This document shows positions 1 to 8,218 of a DNA stretch of 20,176 nt, in pieces. Numbering within the stretch: the stretch's first letter is position 1; the number at the start of each line of letters is the position of its first letter. The position numbers were made by a program, and so were the translations under genes. The stretch comes from a bacterium. GTDB taxonomy: Bacteria; RBG-13-61-14; DATKZS01. Where the stretch lies: positions 1 to 20,176 of the forward strand of contig JAWOBU010000283.1 of the NCBI GenBank assembly GCA_046484135.1, in the 5' to 3' direction. The notes beneath the pieces were generated by a model that saw nothing but the letters and a program-made list of their open reading frames with translations, was not told the origin of the DNA and did no database searches.

Positions 1-291
1 CCGGAGGTCAGCGGCAGACACGTGGTCCTGGTTGACGACGGCCTGGCGTCGGGCTACACCATGCACGCGGCTGTTGCGTGGGTAAAGGAGCGCGGATGCA
101 GGACGGTTACTGTTGCCGCTCCCACCGCTCATCTTTCCACTGCCGCCCGGCTGGCCCGGAGCTCGGACCACCTGGTCTGTCCCAACATAAGGGGCGGGAT
201 GAGCTTTGCAGTGGCTGAAGCGTACGAGCATTGGTACGACCTCTCGGACGACGATGTACTGAATATCCTGGAAGAGATGGAAAAAGGGTAA
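1..291 (+). CDS. Type I phosphoribosyltransferase family protein, 3' part only (5' end outside window)
   Basis: Frame is open from base 1: PEVSGRHVVLVDDGLASGYTM has the PRPP-binding motif (VLVDDGLA[TS]G); C-terminal 'FAVAEAYEHWYDLSDDDV' is typical of small stand-alone PRTases. Stop TAA 289-291. Confidence 0.85.
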   Translation, partial: PEVSGRHVVLVDDGLASGYTMHAAVAWVKERGCRTVTVAAPTAHLSTAARLARSSDHLVCPNIRGGMSFAVAEAYEHWYDLSDDDVLNILEEMEKG

Positions 292-316
292 GTTATTACT
301 CGGCAAACCCGCCCGG

Positions 317-1540
317 TTAGCGGCTCTGCGCGTGCTCCACCGTGGCCATGGTCTGGTTTGCTATCTCGAGCTCCTCGTTGGTCGGGATGACGAGAAGTTC
401 TACCTCGCTATTGTCGGTGCTTATGGAAAGCGGCTTGCCTTCGCCTCTGCCCTGGTTTTTCTGCGGGTCCACCTCTATCCCCAGCCGCTCGAGGCCGGAG
501 AGGGACTCCTCCCGGACGGAGGGGTTGTTCTCGCCAACGCCAGCGGTAAACACGATGGCGTCCACCCGGCCCAGCACCGCGTAATAGGCCCCCACGTACT
601 TGCGGATGCGGTAACAGAAGACCTGTAAAGCCAGCCGGGCCATCTCGTCGCCTTTCTCGCGGCGGGCCATGATCTCGCGTACGTCATTGGTGCCGGTGAA
701 TCCTTTTAACCCGCTTTCCTTGTTCATGAGAGCGTCAATCTCGGGCACGCTCATGTGGCAGTACTCGGACAGGTAGAAGTATATGGAGGGGTCGAGGTCG
801 CCGCACCTGGTGCCCATGACCAGGCCCTCGAGTGGGGTAAGCCCCATGGAGGTGTCCACGCTCTTGCCTTCCCGGAGGGCCGCGACGGACGAGCCGTTTC
901 CGAGGTGCACGGTTATGAGTTCCAGCTCCGACAGGGGCCTGCCGAGCCAATCCGCTGCCCGGCGGGCCACGAACCGATGGGAGGTCCCGTGGAAGCCGTA
1001 CTTGCGTAGCTTGTGCTTTTTATAATATTCGTAAGGGATGCCGTAATGGTAGGCGTAAGGCGGCATGGTGTGATGGAAGTCGGTGTCAAACACCGCCACC
1101 TGGGGGATGCCGGAGAACAGGTGCCGGGCGACCTCGATGCCGGTCAGGTTGGCAGGGTTGTGAAGCGGCGCCAGCGGGATGTTCTCGCGGATGGCCTCGA
1201 TGACCGACTCGTCGAGAAGAGCGGGCGCGAAAAAGCTCTCGCCTCCGTGGACCACTCGGTGGCCCACCGCCTCTATCTCCGACCGGTCCCGGATGGCCCC
1301 CTTCTCCGGGTCGGTAAGGACCCGCGCGATAAGGGACATGCCTTTTTCATGGTCGGCTATATGCTCCTCGTGGACCAGACTGCCGCCCGGACCGCGGCCC
1401 GGACCGAGCTCATGGCTTAAGCGGCTCTGCTCTTCCCCGATCCGCTCGACTACCCCGCGGGCCTCGACCTCTGTGCTCTCCATGTCAAAAAGCTGGTACT
1501 TGATGGAGGAACTGCCCGTGTTTATAACAAGTATCTTCAT
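317..1540 (-). CDS. ackA: Acetate kinase (407 aa)
   Basis: Motifs INTGSSSIKYQL, GHRVVHGG, APLHNPAN, YGFHGTSH, HLGNGSS, GTRCGDLDP, FTAGVGEN, IPTNEE. Start set at ATG 1540 (MKILVIN), which overlaps the coaE stop as TGATG. Confidence 0.97.
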   Translation of the reverse strand: MKILVINTGSSSIKYQLFDMESTEVEARGVVERIGEEQSRLSHELGPGRGPGGSLVHEEHIADHEKGMSLIARVLTDPEKGAIRDRSEIEAVGHRVVHGGESFFAPALLDESVIEAIRENIPLAPLHNPANLTGIEVARHLFSGIPQVAVFDTDFHHTMPPYAYHYGIPYEYYKKHKLRKYGFHGTSHRFVARRAADWLGRPLSELELITVHLGNGSSVAALREGKSVDTSMGLTPLEGLVMGTRCGDLDPSIYFYLSEYCHMSVPEIDALMNKESGLKGFTGTNDVREIMARREKGDEMARLALQVFCYRIRKYVGAYYAVLGRVDAIVFTAGVGENNPSVREESLSGLERLGIEVDPQKNQGRGEGKPLSISTDNSEVELLVIPTNEELEIANQTMATVEHAQSR

Positions 1541-2136
1541 CAGCTTTCGGCGATCTTCCGCCACACCTCGTCCACCTGCTCGCGCAAATAATCCAGGTCT
1601 CCCGAGTTGTCTATTACAAAGTCGGCAAGCGCGGCGCGCTCATCGTCCGACCACTGCGACTTGATGCGGGCCATGACATCATCGCCGCTCAAGCCGTCCC
1701 GGAGTGCCACCCGGCGGGCCTTCTCCTCGTCCGGCGCGGTTACCACTATCACCGGCTTGATCCATTTGGTCGCCGGGCTCTCGAGAAGAAGCGCCGCGTC
1801 TATCACGGAAACCGGCGCTCCCTCTTCCCGGTGCTTCTGCAGGAGCCGGACCATCTCCTCGCCGATGCGCGGGTGCGTAATCTCGTTTAACCGGCGGCGC
1901 TTGTCCTCGTTATTGAAAACCACGGAGCCCAGCTTGTCGCGGTCAATGGAGTCGTCCGCGGCTTTGATGTCGCTGCCGAACTCCTCGATGATGTCATTCC
2001 ACGCAGGCCTGCCGGGCTCGACCACCTGGCGGGCCAGAAAGTCCGCGTCTATAAGACGCGCTCCGCGCTCCTTCAAAAGCTCAGCAACCGTAGACTTGCC
2101 GGAGCCGATCCCGCCGGTCAGTCCAACAACCTTCAA
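1540..2136 (-). CDS. coaE: Dephospho-CoA kinase (198 aa)
   Basis: VVGLTGGIGSGKSTV P-loop, IDAD, IDRDKLG..VF, LNEITHPRI, RIKSQ, ADFVIDNSG. TTG start at 2136 with AGGAGGA SD at 2147-2141; the longer ORF-track N-terminus is non-homologous. Confidence 0.95.
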   Translation of the reverse strand: MKVVGLTGGIGSGKSTVAELLKERGARLIDADFLARQVVEPGRPAWNDIIEEFGSDIKAADDSIDRDKLGSVVFNNEDKRRRLNEITHPRIGEEMVRLLQKHREEGAPVSVIDAALLLESPATKWIKPVIVVTAPDEEKARRVALRDGLSGDDVMARIKSQWSDDERAALADFVIDNSGDLDYLREQVDEVWRKIAES

Positions 2137-2220
2137 ACGGTCCTCCTTTAATAAAAAGGTCGGCTTCTTGAAACCCGCCTTATAAGCTCTTCCCGCGCAG
2201 GGGAAGTAAACCGCGTACTT

Positions 2221-2250
2221 ATTGTAACACCGGCGCCCGCCGAAACTAAA
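2221..2250 (-). promoter_or_regulatory. Putative sigma70 promoter of coaE-ackA (extended -10)
   Basis: Minus strand TG-t-TACAAT (-10 at 2226-2221) with weak -35 TTAGTT/TTTAGT 17-18 nt upstream. Confidence 0.45.
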
Positions 2251-2308
2251 AGCAGAGCGCATTTTACATTTGCGGCGCTTGTAATACCCTGTATACAGAG
2301 ACAGGGAG

Positions 2309-4054
2309 ATGACAAAAAAGGCTTTTCTTTTAAAACTTGTTTTCATCGTTTTCGTGGTGACCCTGATAGGCGCGGTATCCATCCAGCTTCTTATCTACTT
2401 CGTGAAACGGCCCTCCTTGGAGGAGGCCGTTCTTATCATTACGGTGCCCGCGCTTCACGAGGTCTTAATAACGCTTTTATACCTTGGAGCCGCTTTCCTT
2501 TATGTGCGGCCGGTGCTGGCTTTTCTGGACAGGGCTGACTCGGAAGAGTGGGATGAAGAGCGTCTCGGAAGGGTCCGTTCGCGTGCGAGCAACACCCCCT
2601 ACTTCCTGGCGGTTCTCTCCTTTTTCGCGTTTGTGGCGGGTTCGACCATCATCACTCTGCTGAGTCTTCCCCGGCTGGGCTGGCCGATATCCACCCTGTA
2701 TTACGGCGTTCTGGGAGGCATGATCGCTGGGCTTCTGGCGGTCCCCGTGTACTCATACTTCAGTACTTGGCTTACCGCGCCGGTCATCATGAAGACCCTC
2801 GAGGTGTCTGGGGCGGACGCAGTTTCCCGGCTTTCCGGGTTCCGGGTTTCCATCCGGCTCAAGCTCGTTCTTACAGTGGTGACTTTGGTGGGGGCGGCCA
2901 CCGGGTACGTGGCCACCGTGGGCTATGCGCATTCCGGTGAAGGGATCGGCTGGCAGTTCTTCCTGGTAACCTGGATTGTCTGTGTGCTCCTCTCTGTGCT
3001 CCTGGCCATGGCCGCTTCCGGGGAGTTCCAGAAGCCGGTCCGAAAGCTCATGAACACCGCGCTCCGGGCAAGGCAGGGCGACTTCGGCAGGTCGGCTCTA
3101 GTCATCTCCAACGACGAGTTCGCGGAAATGGGAGCGGCCATGGACCTCATGATTAAAACCATCACCGGCCAGTTCCGGGAAATCCAGGACATGGCCGGCT
3201 CTCTCCAGGAGGGGGTAAAGCAGGTCACCGAGACCTTCCAAAAGATTCTGAAGGTAAGCTCCGACCTCGCAACCGGCGCCGCTCAGCAGTCCAGCGCCGT
3301 CCATCAGTCGTCCGCCACAGCAAACCAGATAGCGTCATCAGCAAAAAGCATCTCCGAGAGGGCGGAGGTGGTGAACCAAGCAGCCGACTCGACCCTTGAA
3401 GCCTGCCGGGACGGAGAGCAGAAGCTCGACCAGGCAAAGGACGGCTTCCAGGAGATCGTACGGCAGGTTAATTCCATCAAGGACGCCGCGGAGAACCTCG
3501 AATCCCGCTTCCAGGAGACCATCAAGGTGGTCAAGCTGGTCCAGGAGATATCGGAACAGACCGAGCTTCTTTCCCTGAACGCCAGCCTCGAAGCCGCGGG
3601 CGCGGGCCAGGCAGGCAAAAGGTTCGCGGTGGTGGCCGAGTCCACCAGGAGGCTCGCCAACCAGTCCGCCGAGGCTTCGGCCAGGATAAAGGACATGCTC
3701 GAGTCCATCCGGGAAGCCACCCGCGAAAGCACGGAAAAAGCCAGGCAGGGCACCTTGCAGGTGGAACAAGGCAACCAGGCCATCCTGGAAGCGGGCCGGT
3801 CCATACAATCCATATCATCGCTGGCAAAAGAAACCTCTGAGTCTACCGGAGAGATAGCTTCTTCCACCCACCAGCAAACCACGGCCTCCGAGCAGATGGC
3901 CCAGTCCATCTCCGAGATCGAGAAAGTGGCCGCCTCTATTGAAAGCGGCGCCCAGACCATTGACCAGGCCATCAAGGACATCCAGCGATACACCAGGGAC
4001 CTGAGCGTAAGGTACGGCCGTAAAGAGACCGGCGACCTTCCCGCCTCAGGCTGA
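2309..4054 (+). CDS. Methyl-accepting chemotaxis protein with ~6 N-terminal TM helices, HAMP and MCP signalling domain
   Basis: Six hydrophobic segments in the first ~240 aa; HAMP-like PVRKLMNTALRARQGDF...SNDEFAEMGAAMDLM; hairpin ISEQTELLSLNASLEAAGAGQAGKRFAVVA; methylation-helix sequences (GAAQQSSAV, STHQQTTASEQ). AGGGAG upstream of ATG. Confidence 0.9.
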   Translation: MTKKAFLLKLVFIVFVVTLIGAVSIQLLIYFVKRPSLEEAVLIITVPALHEVLITLLYLGAAFLYVRPVLAFLDRADSEEWDEERLGRVRSRASNTPYFLAVLSFFAFVAGSTIITLLSLPRLGWPISTLYYGVLGGMIAGLLAVPVYSYFSTWLTAPVIMKTLEVSGADAVSRLSGFRVSIRLKLVLTVVTLVGAATGYVATVGYAHSGEGIGWQFFLVTWIVCVLLSVLLAMAASGEFQKPVRKLMNTALRARQGDFGRSALVISNDEFAEMGAAMDLMIKTITGQFREIQDMAGSLQEGVKQVTETFQKILKVSSDLATGAAQQSSAVHQSSATANQIASSAKSISERAEVVNQAADSTLEACRDGEQKLDQAKDGFQEIVRQVNSIKDAAENLESRFQETIKVVKLVQEISEQTELLSLNASLEAAGAGQAGKRFAVVAESTRRLANQSAEASARIKDMLESIREATRESTEKARQGTLQVEQGNQAILEAGRSIQSISSLAKETSESTGEIASSTHQQTTASEQMAQSISEIEKVAASIESGAQTIDQAIKDIQRYTRDLSVRYGRKETGDLPASG

Positions 4055-4072
4055 ACCTGCGGTTTTGAATGG

Positions 4073-4861
4073 TTACTTTTTTTTGCCGGAGCTTTTTCCC
4101 CTGGCCGGGGACTTGCCGGAGGGTTTGCGACTTGCGCTCTTTTTGGCCATGAGTCGCTTCAGGCCGGAGACCTCCCGGTCGGTGAGATAACGGAACTCGC
4201 CCGGCGACAGGTCCCCCAGCTTCACCGGGCCCACTGCCACGCGTTTCAGCTTCTGCACCGGATGGCCCACTGCTTCGCCCATCCTGCGTATCTGCCGCGT
4301 CCGGCCCTGGGTGATGATGAGCTCGAGCCAGGTATGACGGCCGCTGTACTTTAAGAGGTTGACCCGGGCGGGCCGGAGCGGCGGCCCCCCGATGGCCGGG
4401 CCTTTTTTCAGCTCCTCGATGGTCTGGGGGCTGAGCCGGTCTTTCAGCTTGGCCTGGTAAATCTTCTCGACCTCTGAGGCCGGCCGGGTGAGAAAGTTAG
4501 TCAGCTCTCCGTCATTGGTCAGGATAAGTAAGCCGGAGGTGTCATAATCGAGTCGACCCACCGGAAAAACCCGGCTTTTAACCTTTCTTAAAAGGTCCAT
4601 GACCGTGGGACGCCCTTCCGGGTCGCTCACCGTGCTCACGTATCCTTCCGGCTTGTGCAGCGCAAGATAAACCGGCTCCGCGGAAGGACCCAACAGCTTG
4701 CCGTTAACACGAACCTCGTCCCGTGAAGCGTCCGCCTTTACGCCCGGCTCGCGCTCCACCACTCCGTTTACGCTCACTCGGCCTTCCGCTATCATCTCTT
4801 CCGCCCGGCGGCGGGAAGCCACGCCGGCGCGGGAGATTATCTTTTGCAACCGTTCTTCCAT
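4073..4861 (-). CDS. rluB: RsuA/RluB-family rRNA pseudouridine synthase with S4 domain
   Basis: ERLQKIISRAGVASRRRAEEMI (S4), HKPEGYVSTVSDPEGRPTV, catalytic VGRLDYDTSGLLILTNDG, GRTRQIRRM; basic C-terminal tail. Confidence 0.9.
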   Translation of the reverse strand: MEERLQKIISRAGVASRRRAEEMIAEGRVSVNGVVEREPGVKADASRDEVRVNGKLLGPSAEPVYLALHKPEGYVSTVSDPEGRPTVMDLLRKVKSRVFPVGRLDYDTSGLLILTNDGELTNFLTRPASEVEKIYQAKLKDRLSPQTIEELKKGPAIGGPPLRPARVNLLKYSGRHTWLELIITQGRTRQIRRMGEAVGHPVQKLKRVAVGPVKLGDLSPGEFRYLTDREVSGLKRLMAKKSASRKPSGKSPARGKSSGKKK

Positions 4862-4869
4862 TCATATTG

Positions 4870-4897
4870 AGCATAGGACATGAAAGCGGGTTTGCAA
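4870..4897 (-). promoter_or_regulatory. Putative sigma70 promoter of rluB
   Basis: Minus strand TTGCAA (4897-4892)-16 nt-TATGCT (4875-4870), only 8 nt before the ATG at 4861. Confidence 0.5.
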
Positions 4898-4899
4898 GA

Positions 4900-4928
4900 T
4901 TGGAGCTTTATCCGTGGTCTGTTAGAAT
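4900..4928 (+). promoter_or_regulatory. Putative sigma70 promoter of thpR-recA
   Basis: TTGGAG (4900-4905)-17 nt-TAGAAT (4923-4928) with extended -10 TG at 4920-4921; 9 nt before the thpR ATG. Confidence 0.55.
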
Positions 4929-4937
4929 CAGGGGTAC

Positions 4938-5525
4938 ATGACGGACGGAAACAAGGAAACGGTGCGGGCCTTTATAGCGTGCAGCCTGGACGAAGTCACC
5001 CGCGAGCGCATCCGGGAGCTTTGCGTAAAGCTGAAGAAGCTGGACACGGGCATAAAGTGGGTCCGGCCGGAGGCCATGCATCTTACCCTTCGTTTTCTAG
5101 GCGACATCGGCGAAGACGAGGTTGAACTGGCGGGAGAGGCCATGCAGGAGGCCGCCTCCGGCGTATCCCCGGTCCGGATCGAGGTCGGAGGCTACGGCAC
5201 CTTTCCTGTGGGCAAGAAGCCCCGAGTGGTCTGGCTGGGGTTGAAAAAAGGCGGTCCCGAGCTTTATTCTATATTCGAGCGCTTGGAGGACGCCTTGCAA
5301 GCGGGGGGACTGGACCCTGCGGACAAGCCTTTCCGTCCCCACCTGACCCTGGGCCGGGTCAAGTCTCCGCGCGGCGTAAACCGGGCGTTAAAAGCATTGG
5401 AAGAGTTGGCGGAGGGGAGCTTCGGCGAGTTTACCGCGGGGGAGCTTGTCCTTTTTAAGAGCGAGCTTCACCCTTCGGGCGCGGTTTACACTCCGCTCAA
5501 GAAAGTTGAGCTGGGTGGGGAATAA
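4938..5525 (+). CDS. thpR: RNA 2',3'-cyclic phosphodiesterase (2'-5' RNA ligase, 2H family)
   Basis: VRAFIA start, two HxT motifs (MHLTLRFLG, FRPHLTLGRVK), PRVVWLG, LFKSELHPSGAVY; usual position upstream of recA. Confidence 0.93.
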   Translation: MTDGNKETVRAFIACSLDEVTRERIRELCVKLKKLDTGIKWVRPEAMHLTLRFLGDIGEDEVELAGEAMQEAASGVSPVRIEVGGYGTFPVGKKPRVVWLGLKKGGPELYSIFERLEDALQAGGLDPADKPFRPHLTLGRVKSPRGVNRALKALEELAEGSFGEFTAGELVLFKSELHPSGAVYTPLKKVELGGE

Positions 5526-5568
5526 GTAAAAAAGGCCGGCACGGGCCGTAACGTACGAGGAGGACATA

Positions 5569-6678
5569 ATGGGCGCGAGCAGCAAGAGCGGCAAGAACAA
5601 GACGGACAAGGCGAAGAGCGAAGGCGGCGGAGGCGAGAAAGAGAAGGCGATCCGGGACGTAATCCAGAACATCGAGAAGCAGTTCGGCAAGGGTTCCATC
5701 ATGTGTCTTTCGGAGGACTCGCCCGCCGTAAATGTGGACGTGGTCCCGTCCGGCTCGCTTGGTCTGGACCTGGCCCTGGGAGTGGGAGGACTGCCGGTGG
5801 GAAGGGTGGTCGAGATTTACGGTCCGGAGGCCTCCGGCAAGACTACCCTGGCCCTGCATATAGTGGCAAATGCTCAGAAGAAGGGCGGAGTGGCCGCTTT
5901 TATTGACGCCGAGCACGCCTTCAGCCCCGAGTACGGCCGCCGTCTCGGCGTGAACACGGACGAGCTTTTGGTAAACCAGCCCGACAGCGGCGAGCAAGGG
6001 CTCGAGATAGCCGACATGCTGGTCCGGAGCAAGGCGGTCCAGGTAGTGGTGGTGGACTCGGTGGCGGCACTGACCCCCAAGGCAGAGCTCGAGGGCGATA
6101 TGGGCGACTCCCACATGGCGCTGCAAGCCAGGCTCATGAGCCAGGCCTTGCGCAAACTCACCGGCAGCATTTCCAAGACCCATTGCATCGTGATCTTCAT
6201 AAACCAGATCCGGCAGAAGATCGGCGTCATGTTCGGCAACCCCGAGACGACCACGGGCGGGAACGCGCTCAAGTTCTATACCTCGGTGCGCCTGGACATC
6301 CGACGGATCGGACAGATCAAGACCGGCAACGACGTTATCGGCAGCCGCACCCGTGTCAAGGTGGTCAAGAACAAGATGGCTCCTCCCTTCCGGCAGGCCG
6401 AGTTCGACATCATGTACGGAGAGGGTATCTCGAAGGAAGGCGAGCTGGTGGACATGGGCACGGACCTGAAGAAGGTGGAAAAGACCGGGGCCTGGTACTC
6501 CTACCAGGGAGAGAAGATCGGGCAGGGCCGGGAGAACGCCAAGGAGTTTTTGAAGTCGAACCCGGAGGTGGCCCGGTCCATTGAGGACGAGATCAGGGGA
6601 GTCTACAGCGGTGCGGCTTCTCCGCCCGCGGCGGAAGAGGAGGAGGAGGAAAAAGAGAAAGAGGCGGAAGCGGAGTAG
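5569..6678 (+). CDS. recA: Recombinase A
   Basis: [76 protein letters not shown]; acidic tail; GAGGAGG SD. Confidence 0.99.
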   Translation: MGASSKSGKNKTDKAKSEGGGGEKEKAIRDVIQNIEKQFGKGSIMCLSEDSPAVNVDVVPSGSLGLDLALGVGGLPVGRVVEIYGPEASGKTTLALHIVANAQKKGGVAAFIDAEHAFSPEYGRRLGVNTDELLVNQPDSGEQGLEIADMLVRSKAVQVVVVDSVAALTPKAELEGDMGDSHMALQARLMSQALRKLTGSISKTHCIVIFINQIRQKIGVMFGNPETTTGGNALKFYTSVRLDIRRIGQIKTGNDVIGSRTRVKVVKNKMAPPFRQAEFDIMYGEGISKEGELVDMGTDLKKVEKTGAWYSYQGEKIGQGRENAKEFLKSNPEVARSIEDEIRGVYSGAASPPAAEEEEEEKEKEAEAE

Positions 6679-6692
6679 AACCGGGGGGGCTG

Positions 6693-6721
6693 TTGAACGC
6701 ATCATAAATGTAGAATACACT
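6693..6721 (+). promoter_or_regulatory. Putative internal sigma70 promoter for pilT
   Basis: TTGAAC (6693-6698)-17 nt-TACACT (6716-6721); a second TG-c-TACACT lies at 6741-6749. Confidence 0.45.
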
Positions 6722-6835
6722 GGTGTTGAAAGCTGAAGTTTGCTACACTCGAAAGACAAGGCCACTGGCAAGGGCCGGAAACTCAAGGGACCACGAACGG
6801 TAGCGTCAAGCGAAAAATAGATCAAGGAGAGTGTC

Positions 6836-8101
6836 ATGTCATCGCCTACACCCAATCCCCCCAAGGGCCAGGCGGAAAAGTCGGGCCAGGCCGCCCAGGG
6901 AGCCACCGTAGACCTTAACAACATTTTGAAGATAGCCCTGAAAGCCGGCTCTTCCGACGTGCATATAAAGGCGGGGCTTCCGCCTATCTTCCGGATTGAC
7001 GGCTCCCTCTACCCTTACAAAGAGGCCAGCCGGCTTACACCCGACCAGCTCAACCGCATCGCTTTCGGCATCATGAACAAGGGCCAGCAGGAGAAGTTCC
7101 GGGAGAACATGGAGATTGACCTTGCTTACGGCGTGCCGGGTCTGGGAAGGTTCCGCGTCAACATCTTTCAGCAGAGGGGAACAATAGGCGTGGTCCTCCG
7201 GGCCATTCCTTTTAACGTGCTGAGCATTGAAGAGCTGCGACTGCCGGCGACCATCAACAAGATAGCCCTGGAAAACCGGGGGCTCATACTGGTTACCGGG
7301 ACCACTGGCTCGGGAAAGTCAACCACCTTGGCGGCAATGATAGACCTGATCAACTCCAACCGGACCTCTCACATTGTTACCATCGAGGACCCCATCGAGT
7401 TCCTGCATCGCGACAAGCGGTCCATTGTCAACCAGCGGGAAGTCGGGTTTGACACCCACGGGTTTGCCAGGGCCCTGAAAAGCGCGCTCCGGCAGGACCC
7501 GGACGTCATACTGGTGGGAGAGATGAGGGACTTCGAGACCATCGAGACCGCGCTCACCGCGTCCGAGACCGGCCACCTGGTCATGTCCACCCTGCATACC
7601 GTGGACGCCACCGAAACCATCACCAGGGTGGTGACATCGTTCCCGCCCTATCAGCAGAAGCAGGTACGGCTCCAGCTCGCTACCATCTTGAAGGGGGTCG
7701 TCTCCCAAAGGCTGGTCCCCATGGCGGACGGAAAAGGCAGGGCGCCCGCGGTCGAGCTGCTGGTCAGCACCGCCCGGGTCCGCGAATGTATCGAAGACAA
7801 GGACCGGACCAAGGAGATCAAGGACGCCATTTCCACCGGCCATCAAATCTACGGAATGCAGACCTTTGACCAGTCCCTGATGCTGCTTTACAAAAAGAAG
7901 ATCATCACATTCGAGGAAGCCCTCCGCCAGAGCAGCAACCCGGACGACTTCAAGCTCAAGGTCAGCGGAGTCTCCGGCGGAAAAGACGCCGCGGTCTGGA
8001 GCGACTTCGATGAAGAAGGGGAAGACGAAGGCGGCGGAGAAGGCGGAGAAGGACCCGAAGGAGCGGGCGGGCCCGACGATCTTTTGATCGAACGCTTCTA
8101 A
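6836..8101 (+). CDS. pilT: PilT/PilU-family type IV pilus retraction ATPase (paralog with acidic C-terminal extension)
   Basis: SSDVHIKAG, GRFRVN, Walker A GTTGSGKST, Asp box TIEDPIE, Walker B RQDPDVILVGEMRD, His box ETGHLVMSTLHT, GMQTFDQSL; AAGGAG SD. Confidence 0.93.
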   Translation: MSSPTPNPPKGQAEKSGQAAQGATVDLNNILKIALKAGSSDVHIKAGLPPIFRIDGSLYPYKEASRLTPDQLNRIAFGIMNKGQQEKFRENMEIDLAYGVPGLGRFRVNIFQQRGTIGVVLRAIPFNVLSIEELRLPATINKIALENRGLILVTGTTGSGKSTTLAAMIDLINSNRTSHIVTIEDPIEFLHRDKRSIVNQREVGFDTHGFARALKSALRQDPDVILVGEMRDFETIETALTASETGHLVMSTLHTVDATETITRVVTSFPPYQQKQVRLQLATILKGVVSQRLVPMADGKGRAPAVELLVSTARVRECIEDKDRTKEIKDAISTGHQIYGMQTFDQSLMLLYKKKIITFEEALRQSSNPDDFKLKVSGVSGGKDAAVWSDFDEEGEDEGGGEGGEGPEGAGGPDDLLIERF

Positions 8102-8111
8102 GACTGAAAAG

Positions 8112-8155
8112 AAAAAAGCCCGGGCCGGAAAAAAACCGCGTCCGGGTTTTTGTTT
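8112..8155. terminator. Intrinsic terminator after pilT (potentially bidirectional)
   Basis: A6-GCCCGGGC-CGG-A7-CCG-C-GTCCGGGT-TTTTGTTT: GC-rich stem flanked by A and T tracts. Confidence 0.75.
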
Positions 8156-8218
8156 GACCTGACTCGCTTATTTCCCGGGAAAAGGAATCATATAAAACAG
8201 CTCGCGGGTTGCGCCATT

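Noticed and set aside
2137..2382. Extended N-termini in the ORF track (coaE 2382; also alaS 8150, btuC 13666, lipoprotein 17835)
   Set aside because: Non-homologous extensions overlapping neighbouring genes or terminators; downstream starts are better supported by SD and/or homology.
5528..5547. Small hairpin GGCC-GGCACG-GGCC after A6 between thpR and recA
   Set aside because: 4-bp stem with the U-tract only on the antisense strand; too weak to call a terminator.
4862..5568. LexA/SOS box upstream of thpR or recA
   Set aside because: No CTGT-N8-ACAG, GAAC-N4-GTTC or GGTT-N10/11-ACC type match found by eye in the intergenic gaps.
6683..6689. G7 homopolymer after recA as a phase-variable tract
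   Set aside because: Short, and outside coding sequence and the promoter spacer.
6745..6815. Possible c-di-GMP/c-AMP-GMP (GEMM) riboswitch in the pilT leader (GGGCCGGAAACTCAAGGG)
   Set aside because: Only a short resemblance; no GNRA-capped P2 with AAACC and no 3' AGCCGGG..GCC. A cmsearch with the c-di-GMP-I model would settle it.
5497..6924. 475-aa ORF antisense to recA
   Set aside because: Shadow ORF from GC-rich codon bias of a conserved gene; no recognisable domain.
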